Assembly (NCBI GenBank): GCA_052246995.1
Contig: JBQPWD010000001.1
Location: 128,001 to 192,000, forward strand
Length of the DNA: 64,000 nt
Direction: 5' to 3'
Source of the DNA: Candidatus Bathyarchaeota archaeon
Lineage (GTDB): Archaea; Thermoproteota; Bathyarchaeia; Hecatellales; Hecatellaceae
A program made the position numbers and the translations under genes. The notes under the pieces are model-generated. The model saw only the letters and a list, made by a program, of their open reading frames with translations, ran no database searches and was not told the origin of the DNA. Numbering within the stretch: position 1 is the stretch's first letter; each line of letters begins with the position of its first letter. Below, one piece after another: positions 1 through 10,467 of the stretch.

Positions 1-717
1 GAAGAGCTTAAGATTGAAGATTGTAAAATAAAGGTGCATAATTCTGGACATATTTTAGGTTCGGCGGCATTTCGGATAGATACCCCTGAAGGAGTTGTCC
101 TCTACACTGGTGACCTAAACTACACGGAGACCATTATAACGTCAGCAGCATCTCCAGTAGATTGCGACATACTCATTGTTGAATCAACCTACGGTAATGG
201 CTTTATTTTTCCTCCAAGGGAAGAAATTTACAAAAGCATGATTAAGTGGGTTATTGAAGAGATGCATGAAGGAAAAATCCCGGTTTTTTATGCTTACCCT
301 ATCGGAAAAGCTCAAGAGGTAGTTAAGCTGCTCAATACCTTTCTTAACGTTGAAGTTATTGTTCATCCTGTGATTGCTAAAATTAACAAGGTTTATGAGT
401 TTTTAGGAGTTAAGCTTAAAGCTACTTCAAGTTTTCTTTCACAAAAACATCAAGGATGTGTTGCAGTATATCCTTTTTCAATGTTCCGAAGTAGTCAAAT
501 AAAAAATGAAGCTTCAGCTCTTATAACTGGTTGGGCCTTAAATTTTAGGCGGAAAAAAGGTTTTCCCTTAAGTAGTCATGGAGATTTTAAGCAAATTTTA
601 AGGTTTATTATGGAATGTAAACCAAGAAAAGTTTACACTTGTTTCGGTTTTACTTCGCAACTTGCACATCACGTTAAAAATAGACTTGGAATTGATGCTG
701 AACCTCTCCACATCTAA
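1..717 (+). CDS. Beta-CASP/metallo-beta-lactamase RNA-processing nuclease (5' truncated by the window edge)
   Basis: Frame is open from base 1. Motifs SGHILGS, YTGD, ESTYG, GKAQE and SSHGD. Confidence 0.85.
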   Translation, partial: EELKIEDCKIKVHNSGHILGSAAFRIDTPEGVVLYTGDLNYTETIITSAASPVDCDILIVESTYGNGFIFPPREEIYKSMIKWVIEEMHEGKIPVFYAYPIGKAQEVVKLLNTFLNVEVIVHPVIAKINKVYEFLGVKLKATSSFLSQKHQGCVAVYPFSMFRSSQIKNEASALITGWALNFRRKKGFPLSSHGDFKQILRFIMECKPRKVYTCFGFTSQLAHHVKNRLGIDAEPLHI

Positions 718-881
718 ACATAGTTGAATTTAACTTTTAAAATTTAAGTTTGCGACAAAGTTCATGTAGTTTACTAGTAACGGATGATAAAAAAACAAAA
801 ACAAGGTAGAATGTAAATAGATAAATTCATATAACACTACTTTTTTACTCTTTAGTTAGAAGTTTTAAGAAGGCCCAACTT

Positions 882-1301
882 ATGGTAGCTAAAAGGTTGG
901 TTATTAGCGATGTCGACCTTTGCGTTGGATGTCAGTGTTGTATGTTTGCTTGTAATAGAAGATTTGGAGAAGCTGGTTTATCCAAGTCTGCAATCATGGT
1001 TAAATCCGCAGGTGGATTTGAACGTGGGTTCGTGGTCATCGTTTGCAGGGCATGTTTAGATCCACTATGCGTTAGGGTTTGTCCCACAAAAGCTCTAATA
1101 GCTAGGGAAGATGGCGGAGTGGTTTTAAGGGTTGATAAATGTATTGGATGTAAAAACTGTGTTTCAGCGTGCGGTGTTAATGCTATATTTTGGGATGAAG
1201 AAAACGGAAAACCAGTTGTATGCACCTATTGCGGATATTGCGTAGATTTTTGTCCATACGGTGTTTTAAAACTTGAAAGTATAGGTGAAGGAGACGGTTA
1301 A
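882..1301 (+). CDS. 4Fe-4S dicluster electron-transfer subunit of aldehyde:ferredoxin oxidoreductase
   Basis: Four Cys clusters (CVGCQCC, CRACLDPLCVRVCP, CIGCKNCVSAC, CTYCGYCVDFCP). Lies directly upstream of the AOR gene. Confidence 0.9.
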   Translation: MVAKRLVISDVDLCVGCQCCMFACNRRFGEAGLSKSAIMVKSAGGFERGFVVIVCRACLDPLCVRVCPTKALIAREDGGVVLRVDKCIGCKNCVSACGVNAIFWDEENGKPVVCTYCGYCVDFCPYGVLKLESIGEGDG

Positions 1302-3066
1302 AACTATGGTTAAAGAAGACTCTATTTCAAGAGTTTTATACGTAGACCTATCTAAAAAAAGATTTTGGGTTAAGGAAAGACAGGACCTTTTTGAGAAGTA
1401 TCTAGGTGGTAGTGGTGTTGCAATTAAGCTTCTTTTAGAGGAATGTCCCGCTGGAGTTAGCCCATTTGACCCCAAAAACCCTGTAATATTTGCTGTTGGA
1501 AGGTTTAATGCCTTCTTTCCCTTAGCATCAAAAACCGTTGTAATGTTTAAGTCTCCTCATACAGGTAATCTTGGAGAATCACATTGTGGTGGACGGACAT
1601 CAACAGCAATAAGATTGGCTGGTTATGGTGCAATTGTTATTACTGGTGCAAGTGAAATACCTGTATACGTGTCTATTCATAACGATAAGGTAAGTTTTCA
1701 TGATGCTTCTGCTTTTTGGGGTATGGGTAGCAGTTACACCGTTGGAAGGGTTATCAGAGAACTTGAACCCTCCGCAGGTTATAGAACAATTATACGTATA
1801 GGGCGTGCAGGAGAAAAGCTTGTTACTTACGCATCGGTTATAGCTGAGACGTATAGACATTTTGGAAGGTTAGGTCTTGGAGCTGTTTTTGGAAGTAAAA
1901 AACTTAAAGCAGTAGTTATTTCAGGAAAAGGTTCAGTTAAACCTGAAAACATAAAGCTTTACAGAGAGGTTTATAACGAAATTTTTAAAAAACTTACAAA
2001 GTCTCCTCTTATGAAAAAATATCATGAACTTGGTACTTCTATGAATATTAACCCTTTAAATTTGTTAAAAGGTTTGCCTACAAAAAACCTTGAAACAGCA
2101 TTTTTTGATAAGGCTGAAAATATTTCAGGTGAAGCTTTTGCTGAAAAGTTTCTTAGTAGGCGTTTAGCATGCTCCCATTGTCCTGTAAGTTGTATTCATC
2201 TTGCTGCTTTAAGGGAGCCGTATGAATCTGAACCCTACTTCTATAAAACAAAGATGATTTCTTATGATTATGAGCTTATCTACTCTTTAGGCTCAATGCT
2301 TGGAGTTTATGATCCCTCAGGTTTGCTGAGACTTATTGATGAGGTTGAAATCTTGGGGCTTGATGCTATAAGTGCTGGTGTTGTTCTTGCATGGGCTACT
2401 GAGGCACAAAATAAAGGATTAATTGGAGAGAGAGAAACTATGGGCTTAAAGCTTAAATGGGGAGATGCTGAAACCTATGTAAAAGCTATTAGGTTTATAG
2501 TTGACCAACCTAATGAATTTTTTAAAACAATAGCTCATGGGGCTGAGTACGCTGCAAAAGTTTATGGCGGCTTAGATTTTGCTTTAACTTTTGGTGGAAA
2601 CGAAATGCCTGGTTACCATACTGGGCCATCAGCCTACGTTGGATACCTTACAGGGTCAAGACATAGTCATCTCGATAGTGCAGGCTATAGCCTAGATGAG
2701 AAAGCAGCTTCTGCTGGCAAACGTTTAACTCCAACGGAGGTTGCTGAAGCTCTTTTTGAGGAAGAGTGTTGGAGACAAGTGTTATCAAGCCTTGTTGTGT
2801 GTTTTTTTGGTAGAGGCGTTTACACCCCTGATGTTGTTGCTAAGGCTTTCCAAGTTTACGGGTTAAGATTTGACGTAGAGAAACTTAAAAGCATAGGTAC
2901 TGAAATTTTGAAGGCTAAGTATAGCTTTAAGGTTAGAGAAGGCTTTAACCTTGAAAAGTTAAGGATACCTAAAAAAATTTTTGAAACACCGACACCCCAC
3001 GGAATAATCTCGGAGGAGTTTTTAAGAAGTGCAATAAAAATTTTTAAGGAGAAAATTGAAGCGTAA
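1285..3066 (+). CDS. aor: Tungsten-dependent aldehyde:ferredoxin oxidoreductase family protein
   Basis: Motifs YLGGSG, KSPHTG, GRLGLGAVFGSKKLKA, CSHCPVSC and GLDAISAG. The start may be the ATG at 1306. Confidence 0.92.
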   Translation: MKETVKTMVKEDSISRVLYVDLSKKRFWVKERQDLFEKYLGGSGVAIKLLLEECPAGVSPFDPKNPVIFAVGRFNAFFPLASKTVVMFKSPHTGNLGESHCGGRTSTAIRLAGYGAIVITGASEIPVYVSIHNDKVSFHDASAFWGMGSSYTVGRVIRELEPSAGYRTIIRIGRAGEKLVTYASVIAETYRHFGRLGLGAVFGSKKLKAVVISGKGSVKPENIKLYREVYNEIFKKLTKSPLMKKYHELGTSMNINPLNLLKGLPTKNLETAFFDKAENISGEAFAEKFLSRRLACSHCPVSCIHLAALREPYESEPYFYKTKMISYDYELIYSLGSMLGVYDPSGLLRLIDEVEILGLDAISAGVVLAWATEAQNKGLIGERETMGLKLKWGDAETYVKAIRFIVDQPNEFFKTIAHGAEYAAKVYGGLDFALTFGGNEMPGYHTGPSAYVGYLTGSRHSHLDSAGYSLDEKAASAGKRLTPTEVAEALFEEECWRQVLSSLVVCFFGRGVYTPDVVAKAFQVYGLRFDVEKLKSIGTEILKAKYSFKVREGFNLEKLRIPKKIFETPTPHGIISEEFLRSAIKIFKEKIEA

Positions 3067-3132
3067 ATAAATAGTAATAAAAGCTTAACCCGAAACATTT
3101 TTAACCTCCTTTTAACCTCTTTTTTAGTTTGG

Positions 3133-4326
3133 TTGTCTAAAATGGGCGCCTTAGATGGAGTTAAAGTTTTAGATTTAAGTTCTGCTCTTGCAGGTCCGTA
3201 TTGTACAATGATGCTCGCTGATATGGGTGCGGAGATAATAAAAGTTGAACCTCCAGAAGGAGATGTTTCAAGATCGTGGGGGCCTCCATTCATTGAAGGA
3301 GAAAGTAGCTACTTTTTAAGCATAAACCGTAACAAGAAAAGCATAGTTGTAAATTTAAAATTTGATAAGGGTAGGGAAATAGTACTTAAACTTGCAGAAA
3401 AATGTGATGTTTTTGTTGAAAACTTTAGACCAGGAGTTGCTAAAAGGTTAGGAGTTGATTATGAGGTTGTGAAAAAAGTTAATCCTAAGATAGTTTATTG
3501 TTCAATTTCAGGTTTTGGTCAAGATGGTCCTTATCGTGATTACCCAGCATTTGATCAAATTCTGCAAGGTATGGGTGGATTAATGAGTATTACGGGTGAA
3601 CCTGGTCGTCCGCCAGTAAAGGTTGGGGTACCTATAACGGATATTGCTGCTGGCATGTTTGCAGCATATGGTGTTGTTTGCGCTTTATTTTACAGGGAAA
3701 AAACAGGTAAGGGACAGTATGTTGATGTTTCTATGCTTGATTCTCAAGTTGCATGGCTTACGTACCAAGCTGGAAGGTATTTTGCAACTGGAGAAATACC
3801 TGAACCTATAGGTTCAGGTCATCCGGTAATAGTTCCATATCAAGCTTTTAAAACTAAGGATGGATACATTAATATTGCAGCAGGTAATGATAACCTTTTC
3901 CGAAGCTTATGTGAAGTTCTGGGTGTCAAGCACCTTGCTGATGATCCAAGATTTAATACAAATCCTAAAAGAGTAGAAAATCGTGAAGAACTTGTAAAAA
4001 TTTTGGAAAAAATCTTTATCCAAAAAACCACAAATGAGTGGCTGGAGCTAATTAGAAAGGCTGGTGTACCTTGCGGTCCAATATACAACATTAGAGATGT
4101 TGTTAGTGATCCTCAGGTTTTGTTTAGGAAGATGGTTGTCGAAATTAAACATCCAAAAGCTGGGATGATTAAGGTTACAGGTGTACCTGTTAAACTCTCA
4201 GAATCTCCGGGTGACATTAAACTTCCACCGCCAATGCTTGGTCAACATACAGATGAGATTTTAAGTTTTCTTGGTTACAGCAGTGGGGATATAGTTAAGC
4301 TTAAAAATGACGGAATTGTTAAATAG
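3133..4326 (+). CDS. Class III CoA-transferase (CaiB/BaiF/formyl-CoA transferase family)
   Basis: Motifs LAGPYCTMMLADMGAEIIKVE, NRNKKS and ENFRPG, with the catalytic Asp in PITDIAAG. Confidence 0.93.
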   Translation: MSKMGALDGVKVLDLSSALAGPYCTMMLADMGAEIIKVEPPEGDVSRSWGPPFIEGESSYFLSINRNKKSIVVNLKFDKGREIVLKLAEKCDVFVENFRPGVAKRLGVDYEVVKKVNPKIVYCSISGFGQDGPYRDYPAFDQILQGMGGLMSITGEPGRPPVKVGVPITDIAAGMFAAYGVVCALFYREKTGKGQYVDVSMLDSQVAWLTYQAGRYFATGEIPEPIGSGHPVIVPYQAFKTKDGYINIAAGNDNLFRSLCEVLGVKHLADDPRFNTNPKRVENREELVKILEKIFIQKTTNEWLELIRKAGVPCGPIYNIRDVVSDPQVLFRKMVVEIKHPKAGMIKVTGVPVKLSESPGDIKLPPPMLGQHTDEILSFLGYSSGDIVKLKNDGIVK

Positions 4327-4330
4327 AGCC

Positions 4331-4891
4331 CTAGCGGTCATTTGGTTGAGTTCCTACAGCATTCTTTTTAATCATTTTATCTAGCTTGTCTTGAAAAATC
4401 TTGAATGTTTCATCATCGTAAAGACAAAAAACCACTTTTTCTATTTTTGTTTCACTCTTGAGGTAGTTTACCGTTGTTTGAAGCATTATTTCTGCGCATC
4501 TATCCTTTGGAAACCCAAAAATTCCCGTGGAGATGGCTGGAAAAGCAATAGTTTTAACTTTATACTGCTCTGCAATTTTTAAACTGTTAAGTGTAGCATT
4601 TTTAAGCTTATCATCTTCGTTTCCTTCTCCATATCTAGGTCCAACGGCGTGAACTACATACTTAGCTTTTAAATTTCCAGCGCCAGTAATAACCGCACCA
4701 CCAACAGGACAATAACCTATTTTATCACATTCCTCCTGAATTTTTGGTCCACCCTTTTTCCTAATTGCGCCAGCAACACCCCCTCCGAGTTTAAGTTGAC
4801 TGTTGGCAGCGTTCACAATAGCATCTACTTCAAGGTCTGTTATATCTCCCTTAACAAGCTCAATTACGCTATTCTTAACCTTGACTTTCAA
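4331..4891 (-). CDS. Macro domain protein (ADP-ribose/O-acetyl-ADP-ribose hydrolase)
   Basis: Motifs GDIT, IVNAAN, GGGVAGAI and PAISTGIFG. Confidence 0.93.
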   Translation of the reverse strand: MKVKVKNSVIELVKGDITDLEVDAIVNAANSQLKLGGGVAGAIRKKGGPKIQEECDKIGYCPVGGAVITGAGNLKAKYVVHAVGPRYGEGNEDDKLKNATLNSLKIAEQYKVKTIAFPAISTGIFGFPKDRCAEIMLQTTVNYLKSETKIEKVVFCLYDDETFKIFQDKLDKMIKKNAVGTQPNDR

Positions 4892-5011
4892 AACTTCACC
4901 CAGACTTGAAATTTTCTGTTAACATAGAGTTTTTCTACTTCCCTTTTAATAACTTTAAGTAAAGTTAATCTCTAGTCAAACGAAAATTAACATAAATTAG
5001 GTGTTTAATCA

Positions 5012-6211
5012 TTGGCTAAAATTTCGTTTAATTCTATTTTTTCATCTATACGTGAAGCTATTAGAAGCCTTTTATCATTTAAAGTTGATAGGGTTCAGGT
5101 AATTCATCATGATGATGCTGACGGATTATGTGCCGCTTCAATAGTTAAAAGTATGCTTGAAAAAAGGGAGTTTACTGTTGAAACCATCTGTATTGAGAAA
5201 CTTTTCCCGGAAGTGATTGAGAGACTTCATTCTACTGAAGGTAAAGTCTATATTTATGCTGACATAGGTTCAGCCCATGCATCAAAAATCTCAGCTATAA
5301 ATAAGTTAAAAAATTTAACCATAATTCTCGACCATCATGATTTTGAAGAATCAACAGATCCTTTGGTTTACAATTTAAACCCCGAAGTTTATGGTGTAAG
5401 CGGTGAAGAAGAAGCTTCAGCTTCAACAGTGGCATACTTTTTTGCTAAAGAGATGGATAGGTTAAACACCAGTTTAGCTCATTTATCGGTTATAGGTGCA
5501 GCTGAAATACCCGGTTTAATTAAAGGACTAAACCTTGAAGCTTTAAAAGACGCTTTAAAAAACAATTTAGTTGAGATTGTGGAAAAGGGGGATAAAACTG
5601 ATGTTAAAGTTTTATGTTTAGGTAAACCTTTATCTTACAAAAGGATTTCAACTATGCTTACAACCTTAGGTTCGGTTGGATATTATGTTGGAGGACCTGA
5701 AAAGGGTATTAAAGCCTGCTTAGAAGGTTTTACAAGCGAGCTTGAAGAAACTACTTTAAAGCTTGAAGAAAAACGTAGACGAGTAAATAGGATGATGCTT
5801 GAAAAATTAAAAAATAAGGGTGTTATTCAGTTAAACAATGTTCAGTGGTTTCATGCGTACGACGTGTTTAACGGTATGGGTACAAAGGTTATTGGTACAT
5901 TTTGTTCTTATCTCTCATACCAAAAGATTGTACATCCTGCAAAATACCTTATTGGTATGATGAATATGTCTAAGGAAATTCCAGGATTTGGTTTGCTTAA
6001 AAAAGATTATGTTAAAATTTCTGCTAGAACTCCTAAAGTATTAACCTCCATGATTAAAGAAGGGAGAAAACCTTCACTATCTAAAATTCTTTCAGAGGCA
6101 TGTGCTCATTTTAATGGTTTTGGTGATGGACATTCCACCGCTGCCTCTGGTGTTATTGTTAAAGGGGCTGAAAAGGAGTTTATAAGTTTACTTGAAAAAC
6201 TAAGTGGGTAA
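5012..6211 (+). CDS. DHH family phosphoesterase (archaeal RecJ-like)
   Basis: Motifs HDDADG, ADIGS, LDHH and the DHHA1-like GDGHSTAASG. Confidence 0.85.
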   Translation: MAKISFNSIFSSIREAIRSLLSFKVDRVQVIHHDDADGLCAASIVKSMLEKREFTVETICIEKLFPEVIERLHSTEGKVYIYADIGSAHASKISAINKLKNLTIILDHHDFEESTDPLVYNLNPEVYGVSGEEEASASTVAYFFAKEMDRLNTSLAHLSVIGAAEIPGLIKGLNLEALKDALKNNLVEIVEKGDKTDVKVLCLGKPLSYKRISTMLTTLGSVGYYVGGPEKGIKACLEGFTSELEETTLKLEEKRRRVNRMMLEKLKNKGVIQLNNVQWFHAYDVFNGMGTKVIGTFCSYLSYQKIVHPAKYLIGMMNMSKEIPGFGLLKKDYVKISARTPKVLTSMIKEGRKPSLSKILSEACAHFNGFGDGHSTAASGVIVKGAEKEFISLLEKLSG

Positions 6212-6216
6212 AATAC

Positions 6217-6957
6217 ATGGTGAAATTAGAGGAAGATGTATTCGTAATCTTTGTTGAGCCTGAACATGAGGGAAATATCGGTTCTTTAGCGAGGTCTATG
6301 AAAAATTTTGGTTTAAAAATGCTAAGGTTAGTTAACCCAAAAACTAAGCTTGGTGAACACGTTAAAATGATGGCTGCTGGCGCGGTTGATGTCGTAAATA
6401 ATGTATCAATATTTGGAAGTTTAGATGAAGCTGTTAAGGACTTAGATGTTGCTGTTGGAACAACAGCGGTTTATGCTAAAAAACCATCAAACATTAGGAG
6501 GACAACAATATTTCCTGAGGAATTTGCATCTAAAGTTAAAAACGTATCTGGTTGTAGGCTTGGCATTGTTTTTGGTAGAGAAAGTTCAGGCTTAACAAAC
6601 AGTGAACTTGAATTATGTGATTTTGTAGTTACAATTCCCGCAAGTCAGGAATATCCCGTTTTAAATGTGGCTACTGCTGCTTCAATAATTTTTTACGAAG
6701 TCTACAAAAATGTTGTTCTTGAGGATAAAGTTAGCTACATTCCTGTAGCGTCTAAAGATGTTAGGGAGAAAGTTATCCAATACTTTACGGCTCTTATGGA
6801 TGAAACAAACCTGCAAAACCATAAAAAACGTTTAGCTTTACAATCTTTTAAAAGTGTTATTTCACGTTCATTTTTATCTGTTAAAGAAGCTTACTGTATA
6901 CTTACAGTTTTTCACCGTTTACAGCAACTTATTAAAATTTTAAAGTCTAAAACTTAG
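6217..6957 (+). CDS. trmJ: TrmJ-like SPOUT RNA methyltransferase
   Basis: Motifs GNIGSLARSMKNFG, VFGRESSGL and YPVLNVA. Confidence 0.88.
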   Translation: MVKLEEDVFVIFVEPEHEGNIGSLARSMKNFGLKMLRLVNPKTKLGEHVKMMAAGAVDVVNNVSIFGSLDEAVKDLDVAVGTTAVYAKKPSNIRRTTIFPEEFASKVKNVSGCRLGIVFGRESSGLTNSELELCDFVVTIPASQEYPVLNVATAASIIFYEVYKNVVLEDKVSYIPVASKDVREKVIQYFTALMDETNLQNHKKRLALQSFKSVISRSFLSVKEAYCILTVFHRLQQLIKILKSKT

Positions 6958-7812
6958 CTAAAACTTTTTCATCTCCTTTTTTAGGTTTATCTCTACAATT
7001 TCATTGCCTTTAACATCCGCACCTTTTAATGTTGAAACAAGCCCTAGAATTGTCCTTTTTACGACCTCGCTAGTAAACTTGTTTAAGGGTATTCTTTTTC
7101 CATCAATTTTAACTATCGCCACACCTTCCACTAAAGCTACACAACTATTCATGTTCGTACGTCCTTCATAAACTGCCTTTGCATGTTCAAAACAATTTTT
7201 AAATTCACATAAACCGCAATCAAGCTTTGGATGCCTTTTTAAGATGCTAAAAAACTTTGCCTTTTCTTCCAAAATCTCCAGTATTTCTTCGATTGCATTA
7301 AAACTTAAAATCTTGTAACCCTCCTTAATTTGTAGAGTTTCAGGTCCTATAACCCCTAAAACATTTTTAAACCCTTCTATAAATTTTAACTCGTTCTCTT
7401 CATTTATTATGATAAGTTTCGGCATTTCTTCATCATTCTTTAGAAACCTTCTAAAACCTTCAAAAATTAAAAAGTCAATATTCTCCTCTATTACAATTTT
7501 CCCTACAAGGTTGGTTAAGTTCTTAAAACTGTTATTACACTCACTACCCTTTTCAATGATTGAGATTTCTTTAGGTGATATGCAAATAACAATTTTTGCG
7601 CCAGCTTTAGCAGCTCTCCAACTATCCTTGCCTTCTTTATCCATTGTAAAGTCTGGATGGGGTATATGCTTAACATAACAAACATTAAAACCTTTATCTG
7701 TAAGTCTCTTAATAATAGCTTCAATAAGGCTTGTTTTACCAGACTTTTTCCTGCCAAAAATAGCAATTGCAGGCACGTTCAATACATTTTCAACCAACTT
7801 TTTCATCTCCAC
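6958..7812 (-). CDS. mobB: Molybdopterin-guanine dinucleotide biosynthesis protein B with C-terminal Fe-S domain
   Basis: P-loop GRKKSGKT, motifs KHIPH, GKDSWR and EGF, plus C-terminal DCGLCEFKNC. Confidence 0.88.
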   Translation of the reverse strand: MEMKKLVENVLNVPAIAIFGRKKSGKTSLIEAIIKRLTDKGFNVCYVKHIPHPDFTMDKEGKDSWRAAKAGAKIVICISPKEISIIEKGSECNNSFKNLTNLVGKIVIEENIDFLIFEGFRRFLKNDEEMPKLIIINEENELKFIEGFKNVLGVIGPETLQIKEGYKILSFNAIEEILEILEEKAKFFSILKRHPKLDCGLCEFKNCFEHAKAVYEGRTNMNSCVALVEGVAIVKIDGKRIPLNKFTSEVVKRTILGLVSTLKGADVKGNEIVEINLKKEMKKF

Positions 7813-7920
7813 GTAATAATTTCGCTTATCACTTTCAATTTTACATTTTTGTGAAATAAAACCTAGGGCTTTTCAAGCTTTTAGAATCTACTCTACTTGC
7901 TTAAGTTCTCCAAATATTAC

Positions 7921-8109
7921 TTAAAATTTTTCTTCATCAATTTCCACTACAATAGGACCGGTGTATCTACAAATGCCGCATACGTATTGGGGCGGTGTTA
8001 TCCATTCATCAAGTGGACTTAAAAAGTAGATTTTGGAGTTTCCACATTTGGGACATACTAATATCTTTTTTCTTTGAATTTCTTTTATAAACTTTCTAAT
8101 GCTTTCCAA
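7921..8109 (-). CDS. Small zinc-ribbon protein
   Basis: CPKC...CGICRYTGP in 62 aa. Lies within a run of minus-strand genes. Confidence 0.75.
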   Translation of the reverse strand: MESIRKFIKEIQRKKILVCPKCGNSKIYFLSPLDEWITPPQYVCGICRYTGPIVVEIDEEKF

Positions 8110-8118
8110 TTTTATCTT

Positions 8119-8400
8119 TTAGCCTTTTATAAATCTTAACTTTTTACCCAACTTTTTAAGAAAGCCTTCTGAGTTACTTTTACTAGCAATTTCAAACTCA
8201 GCAATTTCTTTTACAAGGTCTTCTAGGTGAACTTGTTTTTGAGTTTTTATGGCTTCTTTAATTTTTTCGCAGTTATGTTTTTCTGGAAGTCTATGGTCGG
8301 CACAAAAAGTGTCTCCACAGTAGTTACACCTGTACGGTAAAGGATAAACTTCTTTTCTACAGATTCTACATATATTGTTCTTTTTCAAATTAAACACCAT
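8119..8400 (-). CDS. AN1-type zinc finger protein
   Basis: CRIC-x9-CNYCGDTFCADHRLPEKHNC matches the AN1 pattern. Confidence 0.88.
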   Translation of the reverse strand: MVFNLKKNNICRICRKEVYPLPYRCNYCGDTFCADHRLPEKHNCEKIKEAIKTQKQVHLEDLVKEIAEFEIASKSNSEGFLKKLGKKLRFIKG

Positions 8401-8422
8401 TTTTTCATCAAAAGGTTTTAGC

Positions 8423-9202
8423 TTACACTAATCCTAAAGCCCTAAGAAATCTTGTATTAGAGTCCATGGTTGATGGTACTACCATGTAGAGTGTTAAACC
8501 TGAAATTTTTGCAGCATCATCTATGGCTGTATTAATATTGCCAACCTTGTCTGCTAAACCTATTTTCACAGCTTCATACCCGTATACAATTCTACCAGTT
8601 TTTATATCCTCGACGGCTTCAGAAGTTAGATTTCTATTTTTCTTTATATCCTCCACAATCTTGTTATATATTTTATTAACCTCAGCTTGAATACTTGCTT
8701 TTTCCTCTTCTGTTGGAGATCTCCAAGGTGCCCCAAAATCTTTTCCTTCTCCAGTACTCCAAACCCAAATTTTTATTCCTTGTTGTTCATAATATTTTGT
8801 AAGGTCAACCCATATTGCTAAAACACCAATCCCACCAGTAATAGTGTTATTGTAGGTTATAACTTCGGTTGCAAAAGATGCGATATAGTAGGCTCCAGAA
8901 GCACATTCACTGCCCATAACGACAATTAAGGGTTTTTTTTCAACAAAGCTTTTAACCTGCTCCGCTATCTCAATACAAGGATAAGCATACCCACCTGGGC
9001 TTTCAATATATAAGACCAATGCTTTAACACTAGGATCTCTTAGAGCATTGTTAAGCTCAGTTGTAACATCCTGAAAACTATATATTGGTGTGGTTATAGT
9101 TAAGACAACTATTTGGTTAAAATATCTACATAATGCAAAACTAAACCATCCTACAACAATGATTGATAGAAAAACTAAGCATAAAAACCTTTTTCTATTC
9201 AA
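8423..9202 (-). CDS. sppA: Signal peptide peptidase SppA (S49 family)
   Basis: N-terminal TM anchor, with motifs ESPGG, ASGAYYIAS, TGGIGV and GLADKVG. Confidence 0.88.
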   Translation of the reverse strand: MNRKRFLCLVFLSIIVVGWFSFALCRYFNQIVVLTITTPIYSFQDVTTELNNALRDPSVKALVLYIESPGGYAYPCIEIAEQVKSFVEKKPLIVVMGSECASGAYYIASFATEVITYNNTITGGIGVLAIWVDLTKYYEQQGIKIWVWSTGEGKDFGAPWRSPTEEEKASIQAEVNKIYNKIVEDIKKNRNLTSEAVEDIKTGRIVYGYEAVKIGLADKVGNINTAIDDAAKISGLTLYMVVPSTMDSNTRFLRALGLV

Positions 9203-9241
9203 AGGACATTTTCTCCTACATTTCTTTAACGAAACTAAGTT

Positions 9242-10420
9242 TTAGTTGCATTTTATTAATTTTTCCTTTTTTGTAGTGGTTAAAAGAGTTATTGAAACTA
9301 GGCTTAGAAGAAAACCAACCATATATGGAAATTTTTCCCCTAATTTTTCTGCCGCAAACCCCCCAACAAACGGTCCAATGCTCATCCCTGCACCAAGCAT
9401 TGTTTCAATTAAACCTATAGATGCGCCTACCTTTTCACCATCACTGATTCTTGAGGCTGTTGAAATTACTACAGGAGAGGTTATTCCCATGGCCAATCCA
9501 AGCATGATAATACCTACAATAAGTAGAATAAGTTCTCTTACGTAAACTAAAACAAGAATAGAAAATGCTTGAATAGTTAAAGCTAAAATTAAAAGACTTT
9601 TTTCTTTACATATTCTAGAAAATATGCCTGATTGCAAGAAGGTTATAGTTCTAGTTAACCCGAAAACAGTAAAAAGAAGCCCAACTTGAAATGGTGTTAT
9701 CCCAAGATTTTTAAGGTATGCAGGAAATAATGTAAAAAGTAGACTTAGAATAAATCCATAAGAAAAGTTTACAAATGCTGGCTGTATGAGCCTTGTTAAG
9801 AAAGTTAAATTTACAACATTTTTTATCATTAAAAAATTTTGAGTTCTTTTTTCTTTTCTTACCAAACTCTTTTTGAGGTTTTTTAACAAATACATTGCTG
9901 GAAATAATGCGATTAAACCTATAATTAAAGATGTGGAAAATAGGGTGGTAAATCCGTATTTTTCAAGTATAAATCCTCCTATGAATGGTCCTAAAAGGAA
10001 ACCTAAAGCCCATGAAAAACTATACTCTCCCATCACCTTTATTCTTTCCTTTGTTGAAGATGTTGTTGAGAGTATAGCCTCAACAGTAGGCCAAAGAAAA
10101 GCATAAGCAACTCCACCAAAAATTCTTACAAGAATTATGTCTGAAACGTTTGAAGATAGAAGAAACAGCGGTGCTGTAAGTACGCAGCTTGAAACCCCAA
10201 TTAGGAAAAAACTTCCCTTTCCAAGAATATCTGTTATAAACCCTACTATCCCTGCTAAAAACATGTATGGAAGCGCATAAACCATCCCAATAAATCCAAG
10301 GTCAACATAGGACGCTCCAAAACCTTCGGCGTAAAGAGGAATAAACGGGTTGTAGGTGCCTATACTGAGGGTTATAAAAAACATAGATAAGTAAATAAAA
10401 AGTAGTAATCTTCTTTCCAA
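9242..10420 (-). CDS. MFS transporter
   Basis: About 12 hydrophobic segments, an MFS motif A-like GFITDILGK, and a repeated GPFIGG/GPFVGG. Confidence 0.88.
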   Translation of the reverse strand: MERRLLLFIYLSMFFITLSIGTYNPFIPLYAEGFGASYVDLGFIGMVYALPYMFLAGIVGFITDILGKGSFFLIGVSSCVLTAPLFLLSSNVSDIILVRIFGGVAYAFLWPTVEAILSTTSSTKERIKVMGEYSFSWALGFLLGPFIGGFILEKYGFTTLFSTSLIIGLIALFPAMYLLKNLKKSLVRKEKRTQNFLMIKNVVNLTFLTRLIQPAFVNFSYGFILSLLFTLFPAYLKNLGITPFQVGLLFTVFGLTRTITFLQSGIFSRICKEKSLLILALTIQAFSILVLVYVRELILLIVGIIMLGLAMGITSPVVISTASRISDGEKVGASIGLIETMLGAGMSIGPFVGGFAAEKLGEKFPYMVGFLLSLVSITLLTTTKKEKLIKCN

Positions 10421-10467
10421 GAAGCCATAAACCTTTAAATTTTTAACCTAAGGTTTCTAAACTCCTT

